The notes beneath the pieces are model-generated. The model was not told where the DNA came from. It saw only the letters and a program-made list of their open reading frames with translations, and searched no databases. The position numbers and the translations under genes were made by a program. 20,000 nt of DNA from an uncultured virus (IMG/VR IMGVR_UViG_3300011472_000011) (Duplodnaviria; Heunggongvirae; Uroviricota; Caudoviricetes), in IMG/VR virus record IMGVR_UViG_3300011472_000011, positions 56,552-76,551 of that record; one strand, written 5' to 3'. The number at the start of each line of letters is the position of its first letter. Position 1 is the first letter of the stretch. Shown piece after piece: positions 9,286 through 16,819 of this stretch.

Positions 9286-10164
9286 ATGTCAAATAAAATT
9301 CAATTTAAACGAGGATTAAGAGCAAATTTACCAACATTAGATATTGGCGAACCTGCTTTTACTACTAATGATAAAGCAATACATATTGGAACAGATGCAG
9401 GTAATATTGAACTGGCTAAGAAATCTGATATACCCACATCTCTCCCTGCAAATGGTGGCAATGCAGCAACAGCTACAAAATTACAAACAGCCAGACAAAT
9501 AAACGGAGTTGCTTTTGATGGGAGTGCAAATATAACAATATCAGCAACAGATAATACAAAGGCTCCTATAAATCATGCAAGTGGTAACACAACCTATGGA
9601 ATTGGGACTAGGTCAAATTATGGTCATGTAGCTGTAATAGATGACTTAAATGGTGGATATGGAGAAGCTCATGTTTTACACGCTAATCAAGGAAGGACGT
9701 TAGATATTAACAAAGCTGACAAGTTTCTTACATTGATAAGAACTATATCATTGCCAATGACTACTAATGATACGATACTATCATTTAGCGAGGCTGGAAT
9801 TACGGGCTATGATGAAATACTGTTTGTAATTACTGGTAACTTATCTTTTACGGTAGGAAACTCTAGCAATCAAAGCATTAGCATTGATTTAAGAAATAGA
9901 GGAAATACTAACAGGATAAATTTATTGAATTGCGGCAAATATTCTGGTAATTATTCAGCTAACGTAAATGTACAATCAAGCACACAAGCGATAGTAAGAC
10001 AAAGCTTTAATGAAAGCGCATTAGCAATGTCACCATCCTTGATGTTTGGACCGGATTATAACATATTGTTAGATGGTTCGAACATTCTTATATCATGGAG
10101 TAGTAATACAACAATTAATTCAAGTTCTTTAACTTTAAAAATATATGGTAGAAAATTTATATAG
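9286..10164 (+). CDS. tail fibre / receptor-binding protein
   Basis: The N-terminus IQFKRG...LDIGEPAFTTNDKAIHIG resembles the Mtd_N / phage hyaluronidase N-terminal domain. It also has SLPANGGNA and ATKLQTARQINGVAFDGSANITI fibre motifs and a beta-rich C-terminal head. RBS AGGAGG. Confidence 0.75.
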   Translation: MSNKIQFKRGLRANLPTLDIGEPAFTTNDKAIHIGTDAGNIELAKKSDIPTSLPANGGNAATATKLQTARQINGVAFDGSANITISATDNTKAPINHASGNTTYGIGTRSNYGHVAVIDDLNGGYGEAHVLHANQGRTLDINKADKFLTLIRTISLPMTTNDTILSFSEAGITGYDEILFVITGNLSFTVGNSSNQSISIDLRNRGNTNRINLLNCGKYSGNYSANVNVQSSTQAIVRQSFNESALAMSPSLMFGPDYNILLDGSNILISWSSNTTINSSSLTLKIYGRKFI

Positions 10165-10177
10165 TGAGGTAAAGCAA

Positions 10178-10768
10178 ATGAAATACACTTTAATTTTAAA
10201 TAAAAATAATCCCCTGATTGCACTTAGTAAATCTATTATTTATCTTGACAACACAGTCAATGATAATGAAATAGAAATAACAGAAGAGCAATACAATCAA
10301 ATAACAGAATTTCCATTAAAGTTGACTATTGAAAATGAAAAAATTATATCATGGGAAAAGACTACAATAGAACCTGACCCTGTTGAATTAGAAAAACAAC
10401 TCGAACAATCGAAAATAGAAAAAATAGCTCAAACAAAACAACAACTTGCTGAATTCTTAGAAATTTATCAACTTATATACAACAGCGAATACTACTCTGT
10501 TACACAAGAAAAGCAAGCACTTCTTACAAGTGCAATAGCAGCGTATCAGCTAAAAGTACAAGCTGGTACCCCAGCCATGCTTAAGTGGAACACAACCGGC
10601 GATGTATGTAGGGAATTCACCTTAGAGGAAATTACAGGATTAGTTATTGCAATCACTAATTATGTACAGCCGCGAGTTGAGAGACAGCAGGAGCTTGAAA
10701 TACAAATTAAAAACTGTACTACCATTGAAGAACTTGACAACATAATAATTGACTATGAGGTGGTATAG
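10178..10768 (+). CDS. tail fibre assembly chaperone-like protein (DUF4376-like)
   Basis: Start moved to ATG 10178 (RBS GAGGT). Pattern YSVTQEKQ...W...C..FTLEE...YV...V..QQ..E..I...TIEEL..I.I.Y; it sits directly after a fibre gene. Confidence 0.6.
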   Translation: MKYTLILNKNNPLIALSKSIIYLDNTVNDNEIEITEEQYNQITEFPLKLTIENEKIISWEKTTIEPDPVELEKQLEQSKIEKIAQTKQQLAEFLEIYQLIYNSEYYSVTQEKQALLTSAIAAYQLKVQAGTPAMLKWNTTGDVCREFTLEEITGLVIAITNYVQPRVERQQELEIQIKNCTTIEELDNIIIDYEVV

Positions 10769-11185
10769 TTGAGACAGTTAAATAAAAATACGTTCCTATT
10801 TGCAATCGGTGGTCTACTGTATTACTTGATTGAAATATTATGGCGTGGATATAGTCATATAAGCATGTTTGTTATAGGCGGTATTTGTTTTGTGCTGATA
10901 GGGTTAATTAATGAATATCTGTCATTTGAAACTCCACTGTGGAAACAACAGTTAATAGCAGCGGTCATAGTTACGTCCGTAGAGCTCATAGCCGGATTAA
11001 TCGTTAATGTTTGGTTAGGATTAAATGTTTGGAATTATAATAATTTAAGGTTTAATTTTATAGGTCAAATTTGTTTAGAATATAGTTTTTTGTGGTTTTT
11101 ATTATCTGGTGTTGGAATTGTAGCAGACGATTGGTTAAGATGGAAGTTATTTAAGGAAGAAAAACCGAGGTATAAATTAGTGTGA
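10769..11185 (+). CDS. integral membrane protein, 'putative ABC transporter permease' family (PF06541-like)
   Basis: TTG start with RBS GAGGTGG. About 4 hydrophobic helices and the motifs GGLLYYLIEILWRGYSH, ELIAG..VN..L...VWNY and GQICL..S..W. Confidence 0.7.
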   Translation: MRQLNKNTFLFAIGGLLYYLIEILWRGYSHISMFVIGGICFVLIGLINEYLSFETPLWKQQLIAAVIVTSVELIAGLIVNVWLGLNVWNYNNLRFNFIGQICLEYSFLWFLLSGVGIVADDWLRWKLFKEEKPRYKLV

Positions 11186-11190
11186 AATTT

Positions 11191-11210
11191 GAGCTTAAAA
11201 GCTCTTTTTT
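11191..11210 (+). terminator. intrinsic terminator closing the first fibre cassette
   Basis: GAGCT-taaa-AGCTC followed by TTTTTT. Confidence 0.6.
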
Positions 11211-11232
11211 AATATAGAAAAGAAGGTGAAGT

Positions 11233-12054
11233 ATGATAATTGGATATGATTTGATAGGCAAAAGTATTTTTAATATTAATACTCCATCTATAGAAAATAT
11301 TTCTGTAATGAATATTACTGGTTGCATAATTGATGAAACTCATATGCAAACCACCATTGTAAATAGTTCAATCAAGCAGAATTGGACTAACGGAACAGTT
11401 TTACTCGCTAAATACGACGGAGATTTGGAAGCCGGGAATATTCTGATGAGAGAAAATCCTATTGATAAATTACGGATTAAACGAAGAAGTTATAAGCAAC
11501 AGTCTTTCAAGACCTTAAAAGAGTTAGATTTTGATCCTAACCCGGCACAACTAATATATAAAGATTATACCCCCTTATCAGGTGACGAATATGAATATAT
11601 TGTTGTTCCTGTAGATAGTTCAGGCATTGAGGGTGTTATTGGTAGTGTAACTGCTGTTGCTAATTTTGAAGGTTGGTGGATTGTTGATTTAGATGAGCCA
11701 GAAAAATATAATTTTCAATTTTTATATAATATGGATGACATGTCTATAACTACAGAAGAAGATAGAACTGAAATTCCCACTTTTAGCAAATATCCTAAAG
11801 TTTCTTATGGAACTAGAAGAAACAAAAAAGGTACGTTATCAGGATTATTTATTCCTGAAGGATATGATGTTCGTGAACAACTAGAGTTATTAGACGAAAT
11901 GTTAGCTAAACATAAAGTTTACTTATTAAAAGATGGCTACGGTAGAAAATATATGGTTGATGTACATGAACCTTCTGAAACTATATCAATGACGTTAAGA
12001 GGTGCTAGTACAATGAGCCTTAATTGGACAGAAGTAGGTGAATATATTGATTAA
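11233..12054 (+). CDS. tail-tip protein (Fn3-like domain plus distal-tail-like C-terminus)
   Basis: 273 aa, RBS AAGGTG. The YKDYTPLSGDEYEYIVVPV segment is Fn3-like. The C-terminal half (GTLSGLF...LLKDGYGRKYMV...SLNWTEVG) resembles Dit-type folds, and it precedes the hub-like gene. Confidence 0.55.
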   Translation: MIIGYDLIGKSIFNINTPSIENISVMNITGCIIDETHMQTTIVNSSIKQNWTNGTVLLAKYDGDLEAGNILMRENPIDKLRIKRRSYKQQSFKTLKELDFDPNPAQLIYKDYTPLSGDEYEYIVVPVDSSGIEGVIGSVTAVANFEGWWIVDLDEPEKYNFQFLYNMDDMSITTEEDRTEIPTFSKYPKVSYGTRRNKKGTLSGLFIPEGYDVREQLELLDEMLAKHKVYLLKDGYGRKYMVDVHEPSETISMTLRGASTMSLNWTEVGEYID

Positions 12055-13219
12055 TTCGAGTGAATTATTTAAATCTGCCCTACTCTCTCCTATCATAGAA
12101 ATATATATAATGGTAGAACTGTACAGTAGAAATGGTGTTTTATTAGATTACATTACTGAACAAATTAATAGTGATAGCATTGGAGATATATCCGTTGACT
12201 CCAAAAGGGATATTAGAAGAATGTTTACTCTGACATTAGATAATAGAAACAGTAAATTCACATGGAATAAAGATAGATTAATATGGATTGATAATAAATT
12301 TATTAAGTTATATATAGGCTTAAAGCTTCCTACAGGGGAAATTGAATATATTCCTCAAGGTGTATTCATATTAACTGAACCACAAGCTACTCACAAGCCT
12401 GCCGAAAATACTGTTACTTTAAATGGACAGGACAGATGGTATCTTTTAAGTGGCAATTTTGGAAGGTTTACTCATGAAACAACTATTCCAAAGGGAACAA
12501 CTATTAAAAATGCTATAAAAATAATTGCTGAAGGAGCAGAAATTACAGATATGATTCTTGATGAATGTGATATTACTGTCCCTTACGATTTAACTTATAA
12601 CATAGGCTCTAACAGGGGTGAAGCTTTAAAAGAATTAGCTCAAAAAGCGTATACATTAGATAATTTATTCTATGACATCTATTTTGATGTTAATGGATAT
12701 CTTAGGTTTGAAGCTTTTAAGGATGTATTATTAGAAGCTCCTGTATGGACTTACAAAATAGATGATAATACTTTATATGCAGGGAGTGTAAGAAAATTAA
12801 ATGATAAAGAGTTATTTAATCATATTTTTGCTTGTGGGGGTTCTTCAAACACTGCCGAATTTAGTTCTACACTTATAATTGATGAAAATATACCTGCATG
12901 GATTGGACATCCCTACTCTATTCAAAAAATTGGTAATAGATTTTTTGCTTGGAATAATGGAAATCCTGATAGTGCTATAGATACTCAGTCTCAATGTGAT
13001 GCTAGAGTTAAATATGAACTAAATAAAAATCTAAGATTCAGTGAAGAAGTTGAGCTTCATCTAGCTCCAAATTACTTACATGAAGGTAACGATGTAATTG
13101 AAATAATTGATGATGAAAATGGATGTAGCGGATATTATCAACTAAAGTCTTTTACCATACCTATTAAACCTAAATTAGTTACTGCTAATGCTGTTAAGGT
13201 AGTGAAGGGGTTGACTTGA
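12047..13219 (+). CDS. baseplate hub / Tal-like tail protein (DUF5048-like)
   Basis: Probable start TTG 12047 (AGGTG 6 nt upstream). Motifs IRRMFTLTL, YIPQGVF, TVTLNGQD, ALKELA, IYFDVNGYLRF and LHEGNDVIEI are typical of hub (gp27/gp44-like) proteins. Confidence 0.65.
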   Translation: MINSSELFKSALLSPIIEIYIMVELYSRNGVLLDYITEQINSDSIGDISVDSKRDIRRMFTLTLDNRNSKFTWNKDRLIWIDNKFIKLYIGLKLPTGEIEYIPQGVFILTEPQATHKPAENTVTLNGQDRWYLLSGNFGRFTHETTIPKGTTIKNAIKIIAEGAEITDMILDECDITVPYDLTYNIGSNRGEALKELAQKAYTLDNLFYDIYFDVNGYLRFEAFKDVLLEAPVWTYKIDDNTLYAGSVRKLNDKELFNHIFACGGSSNTAEFSSTLIIDENIPAWIGHPYSIQKIGNRFFAWNNGNPDSAIDTQSQCDARVKYELNKNLRFSEEVELHLAPNYLHEGNDVIEIIDDENGCSGYYQLKSFTIPIKPKLVTANAVKVVKGLT

Positions 13220-13719
13220 TGAATCAAGATAAGTTTATAGATATTATTGAGCAAATTACTGAAAAAATATTAGATAAAAAAGGTTTACTTACTCAAGAAT
13301 GGCATTTAGGTACTATTGAAAGTGTAAATGGAGATAATTCTTTAAATGTATACATTGATGGTAGCTCTTATGTTACACCTAGTGTTCCCTGTAACCCACA
13401 ATATGATTTTCAAACTGGTGATTCTGTTTGGGTTCAATATATAAACGGCAAGCAAAGCAATAAATTTATACCAAGTCGAAGAGCTATCGGAGATAAAAGA
13501 AGTGGTTCCAATAATGAAAGCACGGACAAAACTTATGTTCATATTCAAATATTACCTTCTGATGTATGGCTTATACAGCACAATTTAGCTAAGTTCCCTA
13601 GTGTTACTATTGTTGATAGTGCTGGAACTAAAGTTATGGGTGAAGTTGATTATATAGATGAAAATACTGTAAGACTTAGATTTAATGGTACTTTTTCTGG
13701 TAGAGCTTTTTTTAATTAA
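13216..13719 (+). CDS. tail spike / OB-fold-like protein with C-terminal HNL beta domain
   Basis: GTIESV...VYIDG...GDSVWV resembles the OB-fold of gpV/gp5-type spikes and follows the hub gene. The C-terminus is WLIQHNLAKFPSVTIVD...GEVDYIDEN...FSGRA. Confidence 0.55.
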   Translation: MMNQDKFIDIIEQITEKILDKKGLLTQEWHLGTIESVNGDNSLNVYIDGSSYVTPSVPCNPQYDFQTGDSVWVQYINGKQSNKFIPSRRAIGDKRSGSNNESTDKTYVHIQILPSDVWLIQHNLAKFPSVTIVDSAGTKVMGEVDYIDENTVRLRFNGTFSGRAFFN

Positions 13720-13730
13720 GGGGTGGATAG

Positions 13731-15086
13731 ATGAAATGGTTGACTAATTTAGACTTAAGCCAAAATGAATTACAAAATGTAGCTATTCAAAGTTTAGCTA
13801 CTGATCCAACAGGCATAAACAAACCTTTATTTTGGTTTAATACAACACAAAAAGTATATAAAGGTTTTAATGGAACAAAAGTTATAGTTTTTGGTGAAAA
13901 ATTAACAGGTGAAGATATCGTAAATTTAATCAATGCAAGTGCTAGTAGAATTGACGATGATAATCTATCAACTAATGTTAATGACGCAATAAGCAAAAAG
14001 CATAAGCATGATAATCAAACTATTTTAGATGCAACTACAGCATCTTTTTTAAGTACTGAAAAAACTAAGTTAACTGGAATAGCCGCTGGTGCAGAAGTTA
14101 ATCAAAATGCCTTTAGCAATATTAAAATTGGGGCTGTTACCATTGCTGCTGACAGTAAGACTGATACTTTAGAATTAATTGCAGGGACAGGTATTACCTT
14201 AACTCCTGATGAAACAAATGATAAGATTACTATAGGCGGTACTAATCAGTATATTTTGCCTGTTGCAACAAGCTCGGCTATTGGTGGGGTTAAATCCGGT
14301 ACTGATATTACGGTTGATAGTAATGGTAATGTTAGTATTAATGAAAACAGTCACGATCATATAATAGCGAATGTTACTGGATTACAAGTAGCATTAGATG
14401 CTAAAGAGACTCCTTCTGGTGCCCAAAGTAAAGCTACTGCTGCTTTGAATAGTGCTAAATCTTACACTGATACAGCGGTTGCTAATATAGTTAATACCGC
14501 ACCTGAAGCGTTAGATACATTACAAGAGCTAGCAGATGCTTTAGGAAATGATCCTAATTTCGCTACCACTGTTATGACCGAGGTTGGAAAAAAGGTTGAT
14601 AAAGTATCCGGCAAGGGGTTAAGTACCAATGATTTAACCAATACTCTAAAATCTAATTATGATTCAGCTTATGCTAAATCTCATGAGCATCCTAATAAAA
14701 CTGTAATAGATGGAATTACTGCAAATAAAGTTTCTAGTTGGGATACTGCTAATTCTCATATAAGTGATCCTGTTAAACATATCTCAGCTCAAGAAAGATT
14801 GAATTGGGATGCAAAAACTAATACTGTTTCAACGACAATTGGTGACGGCACTAAAACTGAATTTACAATAACACATAATTTAGGTACTACAGATGTAATT
14901 ATCGGTTTTAAAGAAATTGCCACTAATGAAAGTGTAATGGCTGAAAGTTTTATCGTAGATGAAAATAGTATAAAGGTTATATTTGCTGTTGCTCCAACTA
15001 CTAATCAATTTAGAGTTACAATTACTGGTACTGGAACTCAAATAGCAGTAGACGGAACGATAATTATAGACGGTGGTACTTTTTAA
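13731..15086 (+). CDS. tail fibre protein
   Basis: Mosaic of phage fibre motifs: GIAAGAEVN, LPVATSSAIGGVKSG, HDHIIANVTGLQVALDAK, APEALDTLQELADALGNDPNFATT, KVDKVSGKGLSTNDLT and a C-terminal HNL domain. It ends in IDGGTF. Confidence 0.8.
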   Translation: MKWLTNLDLSQNELQNVAIQSLATDPTGINKPLFWFNTTQKVYKGFNGTKVIVFGEKLTGEDIVNLINASASRIDDDNLSTNVNDAISKKHKHDNQTILDATTASFLSTEKTKLTGIAAGAEVNQNAFSNIKIGAVTIAADSKTDTLELIAGTGITLTPDETNDKITIGGTNQYILPVATSSAIGGVKSGTDITVDSNGNVSINENSHDHIIANVTGLQVALDAKETPSGAQSKATAALNSAKSYTDTAVANIVNTAPEALDTLQELADALGNDPNFATTVMTEVGKKVDKVSGKGLSTNDLTNTLKSNYDSAYAKSHEHPNKTVIDGITANKVSSWDTANSHISDPVKHISAQERLNWDAKTNTVSTTIGDGTKTEFTITHNLGTTDVIIGFKEIATNESVMAESFIVDENSIKVIFAVAPTTNQFRVTITGTGTQIAVDGTIIIDGGTF

Positions 15087-15098
15087 GGTGGTGACTTA

Positions 15099-16757
15099 AT
15101 GAAAATATTTGGCAGAGAATTAAAATTCAATGATTATGACATATGGCACAAAGGGAATTTTAATCCTGATATTGATACACAAAATATACCTTTTATAGTA
15201 GGAACTCAAACCGCTACCACAAGTTTATGGACTGGTATAGCAAATAATATTGAAAGTTTAGTTGACGGTACAACAATAAGATATTGGCTACCCAGAACAA
15301 GTTCAAGCACATCTGTTACTTTAAATTTAACATTAAAAGGCGGAATAGAAACTGGTGCAATAAATTGTTATTATCAAGGTACTACAAGATTAACAACTCA
15401 TTATCCGGCGGGGAGTTTGATATTACTAACATATGTGGTTGATCAATTAATTAATGGAACCTCCTATACTGGTTGGTGGGCTCATGGTCAATATTATAGT
15501 GATACTTATACTAGGACTTATTGGTCAAATACTATAACAGCAGGAGCAACTATTTATAGTTATAAAATTTTAATGCAGGCTTATGATGGTAGGTTTTATC
15601 CCTTAACATTAGAGACTGGTACCGGAATAACTAAAACTATAAGCACACAAGAGTTTGTAATTAATTGTCCTATACTATATTACAATACTACAACCACTGT
15701 AAGTACGGGAAGTACATTAACGAATGTATATTCTGAAATTCCTATGTCTTACTTAAATTATACTGCTAACCAAGCTTCATGGACATCACAAAGAAATATT
15801 TATTTGAAAGGCAAAATTAATTCTAATGGAAATTTTGTATTAGATAATACTTCTTACACGAGCTTCATGACACAAACATTGCCTACTACAGAAGACGGTT
15901 TTGTCTATATATTATTAGGATACATGTATTCAACTACGGCTATAAGATTGTTCCAATATCATCCTATATATGAATTTAAAGATGGTAGGCTAAAAGAATA
16001 TGTAGCTGAACATACTCATAATAAATCAGATATAGGATTAAATAATGTAAATAATACGGCAGATAGTGAAAAAAACGTATTAAGTGCTACCAAATTAACA
16101 ACTGCAAGAACAATAAATGGAGTTAGTTTTAATGGTACTCAAAATATAACAATTATTGATTCTACTAAAGAACCTATTATATCTTCTGGAACAGTTTCAC
16201 AATTCTTTAGTGGTACAAAGACATGGAGAGATTTAGCGGTAGATGTAAGAGCAATTGTTTTAACAGGGTTATCTACTTCTACTAATGCTGCTATAACTGC
16301 CACAGATAGTATTTTAAGTGCATTAGGCAAACTTCAAAAGCAAATTACTGATCATTTAAATGATTCTGTTAAACATGTTACTACTACGGAAAGAACCAAT
16401 TGGAATAGTGCCCAAAAAAATAGTGATATTACTAAAGCTGAAATTGAGGCTAAATTAACAGGAACTATTACTACACATAATCACACTGTAACAAAAGCAG
16501 ATGTAGGGTTAGGAAATGTTACAAATGAAAGTAAAACTACTATGTTTACTTCTCCTACTTTTACAGGAACACCTACAGCTCCTACTCCCACTTCAGGAGA
16601 TAACTCAACTAAAATAGCAACAACCGCTTATGTGCAAAGTGCTATGGCAAGTGCTGGAACCGGAGATATGCTTAAGTCTGTATATGACAAAGATAACGAT
16701 GGAATAGTTGATGTTGCAAAATCATTAAGTGGAAATATAGATGGTGGAACATTTTAA
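15099..16757 (+). CDS. tail fibre protein
   Basis: Thr-rich, with motifs WHKGNFNP, ATKLTTARTINGVSFNG, ITATDSILSALGKLQKQI, KADVGLGNV, SPTFTGTPTAPT...NSTKIATTAYV (phage tail fibre repeat) and GDMLKSVYDKDNDGIVD. It ends in IDGGTF. Confidence 0.8.
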   Translation: MKIFGRELKFNDYDIWHKGNFNPDIDTQNIPFIVGTQTATTSLWTGIANNIESLVDGTTIRYWLPRTSSSTSVTLNLTLKGGIETGAINCYYQGTTRLTTHYPAGSLILLTYVVDQLINGTSYTGWWAHGQYYSDTYTRTYWSNTITAGATIYSYKILMQAYDGRFYPLTLETGTGITKTISTQEFVINCPILYYNTTTTVSTGSTLTNVYSEIPMSYLNYTANQASWTSQRNIYLKGKINSNGNFVLDNTSYTSFMTQTLPTTEDGFVYILLGYMYSTTAIRLFQYHPIYEFKDGRLKEYVAEHTHNKSDIGLNNVNNTADSEKNVLSATKLTTARTINGVSFNGTQNITIIDSTKEPIISSGTVSQFFSGTKTWRDLAVDVRAIVLTGLSTSTNAAITATDSILSALGKLQKQITDHLNDSVKHVTTTERTNWNSAQKNSDITKAEIEAKLTGTITTHNHTVTKADVGLGNVTNESKTTMFTSPTFTGTPTAPTPTSGDNSTKIATTAYVQSAMASAGTGDMLKSVYDKDNDGIVDVAKSLSGNIDGGTF

Positions 16758-16770
16758 CAAATAAATTTTT

Positions 16771-16793
16771 AAAGAGCTTTTATAGCTCTTTTT
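16771..16793 (+). terminator. intrinsic terminator between fibre genes and lysis region
   Basis: AAAGAGCT-tttat-AGCTCTTT running into a T-tract. Confidence 0.65.
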
Positions 16794-16819
16794 ATTATAC
16801 AAAGAAACGAGGATTTTTT

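Noticed and set aside
9286..10164. Diversity-generating retroelement target, suggested by the Mtd_N-like N-terminus
   Set aside because: No reverse transcriptase, no template/variable repeat pair differing at adenines, and no C-type-lectin-like C-terminal motif seen in the window.
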